Source: Eledone cirrhosa (taxonomy: Eukaryota). From it: DNA of 64,000 nucleotides. The DNA is taken from positions 102,610,001 to 102,674,000 of the forward strand of contig OZ024741.1 in assembly GCA_964016885.1 (NCBI GenBank), given 5' to 3'. The notes under the pieces were generated by a model, which did no database searches, was not told the origin of the DNA, and worked only from the letters and a program-made list of their open reading frames with translations. A program made the translations under genes and the position numbers. Positions 41,604 through 56,339 of the stretch are shown here, one piece after another (position 1 is the stretch's first letter; every line of letters starts with the position of its first letter).

Positions 41604-41914
41604 CTGCAAGAAAAGGAGAGGGAGAAAATTAGCCGATACCAGGACTTAAAGTGGGAGGTAAAAAGGATTTGGAACTGCCATGAAGTCAGAGTCGTCCCTA
41701 TTGTCATAGGCGCACTAGGTACTATCTCAAAGAGTTTCCAAGGATGGTTAAAGAAAATTAGTCCAGTCCCGCTTTCTGGAACACTTCAAAAGGTATGCTT
41801 GCTGGGAACAGCAAGAACCTTCCGATACGTCCTGAATATCTGAGGCTGCAAGTAGTGGCTTGATATTCATTTGAACAAACTTTCCAGTTAAATAACATCA
41901 ATGACTGAGACTCA

Positions 41915-41915
<1 letters not shown>
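41604..41915 (+). mobile_element. R4/Dong-type LINE 3' end, then (AAT)n
   Basis: Near-identical to 43298-43610. Confidence 0.8.
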
Positions 41916-41965
<50 letters not shown>

Positions 41966-41966
<1 letters not shown>

Positions 41967-42420
41967 GACCTGATATAATATTGAAGGACTTTCAAAGGAG
42001 GGTATGCCTGCTAATTGATATGTCTGTTCCAATAGACAAGAATGTATCTATAAAAACATTTGAAAAATTGAGCAAGTATAAGGACCTGGAGATAGAAATT
42101 GGAAAAATGTGGAAATTGAGAACTAAAACAATACCAGTGGTTGTAGGCGCTCTGGGAATGATACCTAAGGGGTCTAACGACTACTTATCGCAAATCCCAG
42201 GAAACCCGCGTATAGGAGAAATACAAAAGATAGTACTAATGGGAACTGCCCATATACTAAGGAAGATCCTGTCAATATAAGTACATCACAAGTCTAAACA
42301 CTAAGGATGCATGTGTGAATATGTATGTTCTTTCTTGAACATGGCGGACCTTGTTGTCTCTTGAAGTCACTGGTTGTGACTTGGTGATAACTCGTATAAA
42401 CATAAAGCAAGATAAATGCA
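41966..42420 (+). mobile_element. R4/Dong-type LINE 3' end (second family), RLE domain
   Basis: RPDII..CLLIDMSVP..EKLSKYKDL..IPVVVGALG..QKIVLMGTAHILRK; (AAT)n on both sides. Confidence 0.85.
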
Positions 42421-42464
<44 letters not shown>

Positions 42465-42466
<2 letters not shown>

Positions 42467-42632
42467 GAAAATTGGCGCCTTCACGCTTTTTGGAACGCTT
42501 CAAAAGGCATGCTTGCTGGGAACAGCAAGAACCTTCCGATACGTCCTGAATATCTGAGGCTGCAGGTAGTGGCTTGATATTCATTTCAACAAACTTTCCA
42601 GTTAACTAACATCAATGACTGAGTCTCAAAGA
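42465..42632 (+). mobile_element. R4/Dong-type LINE short 3' end
   Basis: Matches 43445-43610; flanked by (AAT)n. Confidence 0.8.
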
Positions 42633-42643
42633 GTAATAACAAC

Positions 42644-42677
<34 letters not shown>

Positions 42678-42700
42678 TTAATATTAATAATAATAATAAT

Positions 42701-43609
42701 GGTAAGGAGCCAATGCTCAGAACTGTACTGAAGGAGGGGACAATAGACCAGGGGATGTCAAAGGAGGAAATAACATCAAGGAGAAAGAGCAGCCTTCAGG
42801 AAAAATCCCTTCATAGTACCTTCTTTGAGAAAACTGAATTTAGAGATCCACAGACATGGAACTGGTTGAAAAGAGGAGACCTTAAAAAGGCTACAGAAGG
42901 AATGTTAATGGCTGCGCAGGAGCATGCCCTCAAAACGAAGTGGTTGAAACACCATATTTACAAGGAGGAGGCTAGCCCACTGCACAGGATCTGTGGAGAG
43001 AGAGAGTAGACTGTGGCTCACATTGTATCCGAGTGTAAACATCTAGCCCAGACTCACTATAAGGGCTGGAGACATGATGTGATGGGCAGGGTGATCCACT
43101 GGCACCTATGCAAAGTAAACAATTTACCACATTCTGAGAAGTGGTATGAGCATGAGCCAGAGTCGGTGATAGAAAACTATCAGGTGAAGGTGCTGTGGGA
43201 TTTTAGGATACAGACGGACAAGAAACTGGAACACAATAGACCTGACCTGGTGGTTGTGTACAAAGAAAAAAGATCGTGCCTGATTGTGGATGTGGCCTGC
43301 AAGAGAAGGAGAGGGAAAAAATTAACCGATACCAGGACTTAAAGTGGGAGGTAAAAAGGATTTGGAACTGCCATGAAGTCAAAGTGATCCCGATTGTCAT
43401 AGGCGCACTAGGGACTATCTCCAAAGGTTTCCAGGGATGGTTAAAGAAAATTGGCCCCTTCACGCTTTTTGGAACGCTTCAAAAGGCATGCTTGCTGGGA
43501 ACAGCAAGAACCTTCCGATACGTCCTGAATATCTGAGGCTACAGGTAGTGGCTTGATATTCATTTCAACAAACTTTCCAGTTAACTAACATCAATGACTG
43601 AGACTCAAA

Positions 43610-43610
<1 letters not shown>
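42701..43610 (+). mobile_element. R4/Dong-type LINE 3' ~0.9 kb (zinc knuckle + restriction-like endonuclease)
   Basis: TEGMLMAAQE, RICGERE*TVAHIVSEC, RHD, WDFRIQTD, HNRPDLVV, IVDVA, RYQDL, IPIVIGALG; (AAT)n tail. Confidence 0.9.
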
Positions 43611-43669
<59 letters not shown>

Positions 43670-44209
43670 CAACAACAACAATAATAATAATGGGCTCCGT
43701 TTCAATTAAGTAACTTCTAACAGCCGACAATTTCGTTGTTTGTCAATCAAGCAGCTTATTAACCAATTCCCTAAGTGATTGAGGGGCGCTTATTGACTTT
43801 GTGTGTCCTGGCTCTGGAAATAATGAAAACACTCTTTTGTTTATATGCAATCATTTATTGACTTGGTACGTTTTGGCTCTGGCAATAATAAAAACACTCT
43901 GCCTTGTTTACATCAAATTATATACTTCAACATTTCTACATGGAGTCCTAAATATTTACTTTAACATATCATTGATCTTTGAGATGGAAACCTATCAATT
44001 TACACAGTGCTATGTGTATAAATATATAACACTGCTGTAATCGCCATTCTGTCTGTCTCTGTCTATTCGCTGTCTCCACATTTATGTGACACTTAACTTG
44101 CCTACATATCTATTCACGTATTAATGAAGTGCAAACACAAAACAATGAAAAATCTATTTATATTGGATATGTTTATCTCTTTTTCCATTTTGCACTTCAT
44201 TTGTATTGT

Positions 44210-44333
<124 letters not shown>

Positions 44334-44336
44334 TAC

Positions 44337-44392
<56 letters not shown>

Positions 44393-44893
44393 TTACACAC
44401 ACACACGTATATATATATATATGTATATTATTTATTTATTCATATTCATACACGGAACAAAAGCGCTACCTAAGGTTTCAAAGTCAAATATTGAGCATAT
44501 CTCCAGAATGTATGAGGTATCAAAATATTGACTTAATCGTCAGGCGCTTATATGAGTTTATGAGATACCGTTAAAAGTAAAGCCTCTAGTTTACGAAAAC
44601 GTATTAACACGAAGCGAAATAACTCCAAGATGTAAAATTGCAATCGTAGACGTGTAAGTATTCGTGGGCTCTATATGGTATTAAGTGATGGTATGTAACA
44701 TAGAGTTAGTAATATTTATTAAGATATAGTGTAGAGTAGTATAGAAGCTGCACTGTCTTATGTACTTCTTGAAAAAGAACGAGAAAGAACAAGAGAGAAA
44801 AGATATTAAGAAAGCATATAAATCAAATTAAAGTGGTTGAAAATCAGTTGAATATTTCATATATATATATATATATATACTGGAAGGTAATAT

Positions 44894-44963
44894 CCGAGAA
44901 CAATTGTTTCACCTTAGCAGATCCTCAGCTGAGGATCCGCTAAGGTGAAACAATTGTTCTCGG
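44894..44963. repeat. 70-bp palindrome made of two tail-to-tail HHR cores
   Basis: Right half ag CTGAGGA tccgctaaggt GAAA caattg TT ct; left half is its reverse complement with one mismatch. Confidence 0.8.
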
Positions 44964-45021
44964 TATGGTGAACTAACTGTTATGTAACCACTTCTATATA
45001 TATATATATATATATATGTGT

Positions 45022-45151
<130 letters not shown>

Positions 45152-45319
45152 AAAGCGTGGCAGAGACTCCGAATTTTCCCTGAATATCTCTTCTGAGTGT
45201 GATTGAAATTCTTTTCGAGGTTTTATGTTTATTGCTGGTGCTGAGATGTGTTATGGTAGCTTATTAGTTATTGTTGAACACTAACAGTATTCATATTGTG
45301 GAGTTAGAAAGTGTTTTTT

Positions 45320-46160
45320 TTACAGTTAATTTTTGAAAATATTTTGAGTAAAATGTTTGGTGAAATATTGTGGAAAAATTTTGATGGAATAGTTTGGAAA
45401 ATCTTTGAGAAAATTGTCAGTAATATATTATTTTCAGAAAATTAGAATTTTTTTTTAAAGTTTAAGATAATATTAGTTGTTACACTTTTTCGAATTTTGG
45501 CGAAATAATTTTCGTAAGCTTTGAGGAAAATTTTGAGAATAATTTTTAATAATTTATGGAAAATATTTTAAATAATTGTTTTTGAAATTTTATCGAAAGT
45601 ATTTTGCTAACAGTTTACAGAAAAATTTGATAAAGTATTTGAAAAATTATTAGCAAATATTTCGAGAAACATTTGATGTATAGTTTTTATGGAATTTCGA
45701 GGAAAAAGTTTGAGAAAGATTTGATGAAGATTTTCCTAAAAACGTTGAAATCCTAAACAAAACTCTAAAGCAAGTATTTGAAAATCTTTTAAACAAAACT
45801 TTTGATGAAATATGGTGAGAAATGTTTGATTAGGTTAATGAAAGGAAAATTTCTCAAAGTTACTCATGACATATAAAAATTTCCCAAATATTTTTTAGAA
45901 AATTTCAGTCAAGGTTTAGAAAACATTTAAAGTAATTTCAAAAAATTCGTAATAGAAATTTTTGAAAAGGAGAATTTTCCTCAAAATTTTCTCAAGAAAT
46001 ATTCTCAAAATTGGAGAAAAATTTTATGAAGGTCTTTGAAAAGTTTTGAGAAACATTTTACAGGAAGTTTTGAAGGATATTTCTTTGAAATATTTTGAGG
46101 AATATTTTTCACCGAACTTTTTAAAATCTTAAACAAAATTTGAAAATATTTTGATGACAT
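45320..46160. repeat. Degenerate AT-rich minisatellite (gaaaattttga-like)
   Basis: Recurrent aaaattt/ttgagaaa motifs; a complementary-sense block lies at ~46820-47010. Confidence 0.6.
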
Positions 46161-47019
46161 ATGGGGGAGAAATAAAGTATTAGTAATGCACTGGGTAATT
46201 GATGGCATTGTGCCAAAAGTAGAAACAATTATTAGACCAACAAATTAAAAGTTATGTATCAGTAAACTTGAAATAATCTGATTGAAGATTTTCTTTCTCG
46301 GCACAATTTATAAAGCTGTGAGAAAATCTAGTTTAGATATGGTGGTATCTGTCGGCTGGAACACATAATAGAGTAATTTGTTTTTACAAGAACAAAGTAA
46401 AAATGACATTATTTATGGGATGAGATGATAATTTAAAGCGAAGATGTGAAATGGTCAGAAACATTTATCAGATAAAATGCGTTTGTATTATTGTTAAACA
46501 TTTTGCGAAGATATTTTAGTAAAATTATTTATCCGCGTTACAAATTTTACTTTTGCATAATCTGAACAATCATTTTGTTTTCTTTCTCCCTCCTATCACC
46601 GCGGCTGGCACCACTGCCTCCACCACATCCCCATTAACATCTCTATCTACACCTCCACTACGATCGCTTAAAGATTTTAAGTTGAATCAATTCAAACTTA
46701 TATTTGAATAAACATAAAATAATAAAAAGTGATATTGTGATAGATTTGAAAGATAGTTTAAAGTTAAGTTATGTAATGGACCCAGATTATTTATCGGTCT
46801 TTGTATTATTTACACACATTTTAGAAAAAGATTTCCCTCAAATATTTACAATTTCTTTCGAAAATTTCACTCAAAATTTTCTTCGAAAAATTTGATTATA
46901 TAAATTCTTTCAAAATTATTAGCAACATGTTTTTAATGGTTTTCAAATTTCTCAAAAATTCTTTGAAGACTTTCAAAAAATTTACTGAAAAATGAATACT
47001 TAAAAAAATATGTAAAACA

Positions 47020-47170
47020 TGTAAGATGAAGGTGCTTTGAATGTCAACGATGGTTCATTAAATTTCAACAAGGGGACATTGATTTGGAAGATGGCCACTC
47101 TAAAAGCTGCTAGTACAATTAGAATAGAGACACTTGACATGAACCTACACGACTTTTTACCCCCTCATAG
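47020..47170 (+). pseudogene. Mariner transposase relic
   Basis: tgtcaacgatggttcattaaatttcaacaaggggacattgatttggaagat = CQRWFIKFQQGDIDLED, typical of the mariner N-terminal HTH. Confidence 0.6.
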
Positions 47171-47432
47171 CCGTCAGATTTCTATAGGAATGGTATAAGA
47201 AACGTTTTGTAGCGTTGGAAGATTTAGATTGGGAATATGTACTTGATTAAATTAGTAGCATGTGTTTTTATCTATTCCAAACAAACAACTAAAAACGGCA
47301 TTCTTTATGGGATGACGAGATATATGTAAATAAGACCGTTGCTTGCCCTAACCCGTTAACTAGACTGAACTTTCTTAACCTGGAAACAAAACACTCAGAC
47401 AACAACGTAAAACTGCACTCATAACCCCTGCT

Positions 47433-47692
<260 letters not shown>

Positions 47693-48539
47693 GTTTGTGT
47701 ATGTATATATATAGCCATACAGAATTATGTCTAGTGTGTATGCGGAAAGAATATACCTAGTATATTATATATGCAGTATATAAAATATTTTTGTGTATTC
47801 AAATCACGATTTACGAAGAGAGAAACAAATAAACATTAGATGCAATCATGAATAATATTTTACAAATTCTAGAGTCAACCCACATTCTTTTCCTCTGTTT
47901 AAAATGTGTATTAAGTTTTAACTTTAAATATATATATATATATATATTTACATACATGCATACATACATAGATACATACATACATACATGTGTGTGTGTG
48001 TAAGAATATATGTTTTGTATACATAAGTGAGATTGTATATATACTTGTATGTGTATATTATATATATATATATATATATTTGTATGTTTAATTTATGGGT
48101 ATAATATATTTTTGTTTGTGTTTATTTGTTTATTGATATATACATAAAATTCAGATCAAGTGTGATATAAATATGTATGTAAAAGTGAGTTTATACCAGT
48201 CAGTTTCGTCTCTCCTTCGTCACCCCCTCCTCGTCTCTCTCTCTCCCTCTCCTTTCGACTTCTTCTCTATTCATCTCCCTCCTCCACTCTCTATTTCTCT
48301 ATCTTTCTCTAAGCTAACGACTAAAATTGAAGTTAGATTAAAGTGTAATTACACCGTAACTCCTGTGTTCCATACGTGGAGGAGTGATTTGAGAGAAAAT
48401 TGTTCTATGTTAATTCAAATGATGTTTCACCGTATTTGTCAGAACAAATACAGAGAGATTAGCTTAAAATAACAGCTGTTCTATGCCAGGAATTAATGAA
48501 TATGCTGAAATAGAATGGTTCTCTGTCGGTTTCGACAAT

Positions 48540-48740
48540 GAGTGATCAAGTTGCTAGATCTACAGAACAGCTTGCTGGTGAAATTGTTGAGTATTCAATA
48601 CACACCTGTACCCTGTAAACATAATTCTCAGGGAGATTCAGTGTTACACAGTGTGAGACAGGGCTGACTGTTTGAATTGCAGTCACTGTCCATGTGGTAT
48701 TATAAAGTAAGTTGACGAGAATTCCATAGACAAGTGTACT
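48540..48740. mobile_element. Possible SINE-like dispersed repeat fragment
   Basis: agggagattcagtgttacacagtgtgagacagggctg resembles a common octopus repeat as I recall it; single copy here. Confidence 0.35.
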
Positions 48741-49330
48741 GTTAACGTAATTCTGAAAGGAATGTATGCATGTATAGCAACCGATGGCCATTTCTCGTTC
48801 GGCTGCGGTTGCTTCCCTTTCTTTTTGTCGAGACTAAGTAAGTGACATAGTCACTACTTTAAAATTCATAGCGAATGGTCTTCAAAATGTTTTAAAGTAA
48901 ATATATAGTATATTATCAAATATACTAAGCATACTTTCATACATACATCGCTATTTCAGAGCACTGATACTAATATATATATACTTTATATATATATATA
49001 ATAATAATAAAAATTAGATAAAAAAAATTATCGCTTTACATGGCTGAATACAATAAATGTAATCTGAGTTTTTCGAATATTAATAATAATATTCGATTCG
49101 TTTGAAATTATGGAAACAGCCTCTTTTTTAAAGCCATGTCAGTAGAATGAGCCCCTCATTCTTGCTCTTGTGTTGGCATGTAAACAGAACTATAGACAGA
49201 GTATTTCCCCACTTTAAAAAATATCTTCACGCACAGGCATTGTACGATAGCATTAATTGATAATTATTAATAATGTTATATCGTGCAATGGGCATATCTG
49301 GTGGCAGCCATCATATATATATATATACTT

Positions 49331-49469
49331 ATACAGAAATAGGCTTCTACAGGACTAGAAATTTTTCATTCGCTGAAATCATCAGGAAAGCCCTAGGGCT
49401 TTCCTGATGATTTCTCTGATAATTTCTCCCGAATTAAACAGTTCTAGTCTTGTAGAATCCATTTCTATA
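49331..49469. repeat. Hairpin with back-to-back CTGATGA cores
   Basis: gaaatcatcaggaaagccctagggctttcctgatgatttc; left arm on minus reads CTGATGA tttcagcgaat GAAA aatttc. Confidence 0.7.
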
Positions 49470-49565
49470 TTAAATATTTATACTCTGCTATGTATTGATA
49501 CCTTACTTACTCTAGTTACCCCCGATTGAACCCGGGATAAACATATATATATTTATATATATATA

Positions 49566-49731
<166 letters not shown>

Positions 49732-49735
49732 GTGA

Positions 49736-49768
<33 letters not shown>

Positions 49769-50222
49769 CACACATAAACACCCTCCATTAATTTTAGGTG
49801 CGCAATGCATAAGGATAAATATATTATATTCTTGGAACATTATAGCTATAGTTTAGCTTAACCACACTGTTATTTCAGCTACCCTGAAGCAATATTTTAG
49901 AGTGGATTTCTTTTAAATCCCTCATACATGCATACATACATAGATACATACAGAGCGAGAGAAACAAAGAGAGAAAGAGCTATCCGTATATATAGACAAA
50001 ATACGACTATGAATAAATATATTTCATATATGGTAAATTATGTTAAAAGTGAGCCTATCGTCAGAGATAATTCAACAAAGCTGAAACAATTCTATTAGAG
50101 TGGATTTCATTTAAGAATTTCTCGTGGAAGTTATAAGATATACAATTTCACTAAGGAAACTCGTTTACTTTCAGCGTGCTTTTACGTAAAGTAGATATTG
50201 GATTGTACTATGTAATAAATGA

Positions 50223-50288
<66 letters not shown>

Positions 50289-50685
50289 GCGCACTGATAC
50301 ACACACGCACATATACATATCCTTGTGTGTGTATGTGTGTATGTGTGTCTGTGTGTGTGAATGTAGCACGAATTGAAACATCGATTACTACTGAAATAGC
50401 GCATAAAGTATTTTTTTAGTATGGTAAAAATAGACGAAAAAATAGAAGAACAACATGTATAGCAATAGAAACGCAATAGAAGAACTACAGATACAACAAG
50501 AGATAAAACATTAGGAAAACCAAGGGGCTTTCACTGAAGATTCGAATGCCTTCTCATTGAAATATAAAAATAGAATTCAGCAGCGAAATTGTTGCATCTA
50601 AACCAAGGAAACTTATATTTCAAAGCATATGTTCTCTGTCTCCCACATCCCACCTCTTTCTTTTTCTCTCTCTCATATATATTTA

Positions 50686-50721
<36 letters not shown>

Positions 50722-50777
50722 TGTATGTATGTATGTATGTATGTATGTATGTATGTATGTATGTATGTATGTATACA

Positions 50778-50822
<45 letters not shown>

Positions 50823-50833
50823 GTAAACTACAT

Positions 50834-50887
<54 letters not shown>

Positions 50888-51151
50888 TACATACATGTAT
50901 ATAGCGAGCATTGATAATGTATAAAACTAAACATTAGCTTGAAAGCACATCTTTCCCATATATAAAGAACATTTTGACATTTTATAAGAGCAATAAATTA
51001 ATAAAAATTGTCGGTTTTATGGATAAAATGTGCGGAGCTATCTATCTCTGTCTATCTATCTATCTATCTATCTCTCTCTCTCTCTATATATATATAATTA
51101 TATATATGAGAGCAAGAGACAGATAGAGAGAGAGAGAACGAGAGAGAGAGA

Positions 51152-51228
<77 letters not shown>

Positions 51229-52301
51229 GTGGGTGGGGGGCTTATACTATCACGCTTGGGTTACTTCTACTGTAGTGTCTCACTACCCGAAAATCTATGA
51301 AATTATTTCTGACTGTCTATGACCCATCAAGAGATGGTAATGGTTCATTAACAGTATTTACAGAACAAAGAAAAGAATGAAAATAAAAACAAAACTTTAC
51401 AAAGGAATTTCATTTTAGAAAATTTGTAAATTTTCTGTTGACCTCTATACTGAAATCAAAATATTTTAAAACATAATTCTTGTAATCGTTTTTACACCAA
51501 TTTCTGACATTTAATCAACTTGCAAACACACGAAATATATTAAAATAAAACAGGAAGACTATAGCAAATTAAACAATAGTTTTGCGATAATATGTTTTAG
51601 ATTTCTGAAGAAAAAAAAACGGAAATCCTTATTGTTCATACATTGAGATTAATTTGGAACAAAATCATTTGTATATATAATCGAAAAATATCTATAAAAC
51701 AAAACGTAGAATTGTCGATAACATACAAATCCGAGCTTAAACTTGACATAATTGGAATCCAAAGTACAAAATGTCTCTAAGCAAAGCACACATTTCTACT
51801 TTCTACAGTCAGCATGGCTGAAAACAAAACAGCCAATTTCACATTTAGAAAAAAACATTAACACACTTTCCAGTAAAGTTTTCCAAATATTTGGATTTGT
51901 AGATATAGCTTACCAAAGTAATTGGGTAGGGTGGCAAATAAATGTGAAAACGAAAATTATTTAGTATAAATATTGGTAATTAATTGGAAGAACATGTTAT
52001 TTTCTGATATATTAACAAGACGAAAAGATGAGCCTCTACGTAGGGACTAGATGTAGCAGATATAACAGCTAATTATCTCTTAAATAACATGATGTAATGC
52101 TAGATACTCGATAGCTAAACAAAGACGAGATGGTAACGTTGGGATGGACTGTGTTCAGATGATTTTTAGCAATAAAAAATAATATGAAAGCACATTTTCT
52201 GTTAGCACTTTTGTAAACGTATTTCCAATGAAATTCAATCTGTGGTATGTGGTTGACCGGCTGAGAGAAAGTAGTACTCAATGCCGAGGTTTGATATTCA
52301 T

Positions 52302-52353
52302 TTGTTCTTGTCTGATGAGACTGTGATAAATAGGCGAAACTTCAGAGTAACAA
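52302..52353 (+). ncRNA. Degenerate HHR
   Basis: CTGATGA gactgt-gataa-ataggc GAAA cttc; imperfect stems. Confidence 0.5.
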
Positions 52354-52399
52354 GACTGACTTTTTAGCTTTAATATAAATGAATATATATATGATTTTA

Positions 52400-52493
<94 letters not shown>

Positions 52494-53160
52494 GAAACAC
52501 ACAGATACATGCGGACACACACATATACATGAATGCATCCACATCCAACCGTGAGTTAATGGTGCCAACCTTACCGATGTTGCTCAATGAATGACTGGGA
52601 CAGACCAATCTGGTTGAACTAGACTGAACCAGTATCAGAGTTAAAAATACATTATGAAGAGAGAAGAAACATTTAGATATAATTAGTAATAAAATGTATC
52701 ACACCTAAACTGCTCCTAGATTCCTCGACTACGTAGTTTCGTGGCATAAACAAAAACAGTACATCATAAAGATATAGAGCCCTTGCGAGGTCTGCCGACT
52801 TATCAAGAGGATACCTCATTTTACTAGCTTCAAGAACGCGTCTACACGACGTGAGAAAGAATCCCAAAAGGCAGAGGGGGAGATAGTCACGCGATATAAC
52901 GGTCGAGAAACAGAGCTAAGCCTCTTATAACCCCGAAGAAAATACCACGGAGGCGGAGGGGGTATTTATATCGAAGCCGTATATATATATATATATATAT
53001 ATATATTTCTGTATATATATATATATATGTATACATTTATATATATATATATGTATACATTTATATATATATATATATATAAATAAAATCATATATATAT
53101 ATATATATGTATACATTTATATATATATATAAATAAAATCATATATATATATATATAGTT

Positions 53161-53322
53161 AAAAAGTGAACAACACAAACTCCATTACCAAAGGTTTCTG
53201 GATCCCAGACAATAATAATATACGTCCATCTCTGTCTGACGACCGATCCAGACGTATATTATTATTGTATGGGATCCAGGAACCTTTAGTAATGGAGTAG
53301 TAATATTTTGTGTTGTCCACTT
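53161..53322. repeat. Fold-back with HHR (53232-53295, +)
   Basis: ctgt CTGACGA..gatccagac..gtatgggatc GGAA cctttagTA atgg; the mirrored arm preserves GAAA cctttgg TA. Confidence 0.7.
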
Positions 53323-53436
53323 TCTAATTAAATAGCTCTGTTCTATACATAGAGAACTCTTTTTTCCATTGATTTTCCTTCGGAATTACCTAAAACATAT
53401 ATATATATATATATAAAATCATATATATATATAAAA

Positions 53437-53586
<150 letters not shown>

Positions 53587-54351
53587 TCAGATGGTTTTTA
53601 ATAATAAAAAATAATATGAAAGCACATTTTCTTTTAGCACTTTTGTAAACGTATTTCCAATGAAATTCAATCTATTACAATTTTATTATTGAAGAATTTC
53701 AAAGGATTTCTTAAAATTATTATTTTATTAATAAGATAGTAACTTGGGACATACAGTAACGGCTCATACAGAGTTCGATATGAGCTGACTACTTACTCTT
53801 CACATGGATGTGTATATACCAAATCATACACTTTTTTAGACGATACGGATGTGTATATACCAAAACATACACTATTTACAATTCAATCGATACACGTATA
53901 GCAGAAAATTGAACTGAATTTACTTGCGTATGTATAGGGTTGCGGTTGACCCAATTTCTCCATTTTACATCGTCAAATTCAGATTGGACCAATATAACAT
54001 TTGTTGTTTTGTAAACTAACTTTCGGTGAATACTATGTTGGTATGTGAATACTATGTTGGTATATATATATTTTTTCTTTGACCTCGCGTCGGTGTGTGT
54101 GAGTGTGTGTATACTCACTCAAACTAACTGTGACCGACTGTAATTCTAAAGATTTGATGTTGAGGTTAGACCCTTCCAGCGTCTTTTACAGCTATTGAGA
54201 GATAGAGACTTGATAGTTTCATGACCCTAACTGAGGACGATAGCAGTCGGCGTGTTTTGGCTGCTTGATCTTCATATGAGGGACAAAACTCTAGTGAGAG
54301 AACATCGTTAAATTTTCTCCCTCATATCAAGGATTTGAAGACAATTCATTT

Positions 54352-54425
54352 TCACCTGACGAAAACAGTGATAATCAATCATAGCCGCACGATCGATCTA
54401 TCTCTCATTGAAACATGTGTCGCGA
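54352..54425 (+). ncRNA. HHR-like motif with long stem II
   Basis: tcac CTGACGA..cagtga..tcatt GAAAc-atgt-GTC gcga. Confidence 0.55.
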
Positions 54426-54469
54426 TTAAAATGATTGGAAATTTATACCATGCCTTCGGATCTTTATTT

Positions 54470-54504
<35 letters not shown>

Positions 54505-54577
54505 GAAAGTGAGGTTTTTTTACAAAATGAAAAATAACCGAGGTGTCCTACACGAGTAAAAGTATAAAGAAAAAAAA

Positions 54578-54983
<406 letters not shown>

Positions 54984-55034
54984 AGTAAGTAAAACATGTA
55001 AAATTTGGCTTCGATTATTATAAATTATAATTTT

Positions 55035-55087
55035 CTGCTATATATATTTCGGTGTCAGCTATTATTGGCTGTGACCTCTTCAGGCAG
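55035..55087 (-). ncRNA. Type I HHR (same family as 10404)
   Basis: ctgc CTGAAGA ggtcacagcc-aataat-agctgacacc GAAA tatata TA gcag; flanks homologous over ~220 bp. Confidence 0.8.
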
Positions 55088-56339
55088 TCCGAATTGGTGT
55101 GGAAAAGACAGGTACACATGTTGTTGAAGTGTATTCTACTCTGTCAATACATCGATATGTCCAGCTCCTCTGTGTGTTGTTAGTCCGCCGAGGAACTGGA
55201 ATCATAAGTGCTAGAGCAAACGAATTTCGGCGTCAGTTGACCGACCACTCCCTAGTCGAAAGTCTATAGAAATTCTTCTGAGGCAGGTCAGTTGTTTTTA
55301 TCACAATGTTTAAGTACAGCTGACCTCCTTTACTGTGTTGGTAGTGGTAGTGGTGTTAAGAGGTCAGCTAGCAGGTTCACCTTACTATGCTGCTGCTATG
55401 GTCTGAAGAATTTATTTGTGTAGACTGGCATCTATTCTGCCACCATTTCACGTGGCGGTGGTGGTATGGGGTGGGGGTGGGGGCAAACAAATAAAGAATA
55501 CGTGTGTGTTACAATCAATATAAAAAATTTTAGAAAAATATACACTGAAATAAAAAAACCTGTGTGTCAGAGTCGAGACGTGTAAAGAATTCTTATTTTG
55601 GCCTAGAGTACGTACCTGTTCTTGTCTGTCAACGCACACAGTTGCGCGTGCACACGTATAAACATAGGCTCGGTGCATTCACCTATTTACGTCCACACAG
55701 TCCAACAAAAGATGGGTGGGTTTTAAAAACAAATGAGGTAAAATTGGAGTGAAAAATAAAATACCAAAAAACCTCTGTCAAAATCCAGAAGTGTAAAGGA
55801 CTACAATTCTTGTTTCAGCATAAAGTACATATGCGTGTATGATCGTCAACGCACACCGTTGCAAGGACACACGCACAAACACAGGCTCAGGTGCATTACC
55901 ATATTACGTCTACACAGTCACACACGCATACATGCACGCTTACACACAATTCCATATACGCCCACATGTAGATACACACACATGGGCACAGGGTCAAAAG
56001 TTACCTCTGGAGGTGGGTAGAGGAGTAAGTGGTAGTAATCGGCGCTTCCTATTTACTTGTGGTATTTATCACTGACACATGCGTGCGACGCGGGTCGTCT
56101 ATTTATATCATATAGTGTCAGCTAACTTGAGTTTTGGTTAACGAAGTGAGATAGAGCGGTTGACCACAGCGGTGTGAGGCATCGTTTTGGCTACTAGGTA
56201 GGTGCGTTTCTATAGGAGTCGATCTAGGCGGGAGTAGAGGTGGGAATGGAGGCGGCTGTAGGGGGTGGTTTACCTTGGGCTCGGTGTGACGTGGCTGCTG
56301 TCCCTATAGCTTGAGGGATGTTCCCATCCCAATGGGTTG

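Noticed and set aside
40970-41707. 245-aa ORF as a real gene
   Set aside because: Chimera of antisense R4 sequence and a Tx1 endonuclease fragment.
55470-56105. Additional Helitron (internal duplication, gcgtgcgacgcgggtcgtcta end)
   Set aside because: No clear TC start or CTRR end; insufficient support.
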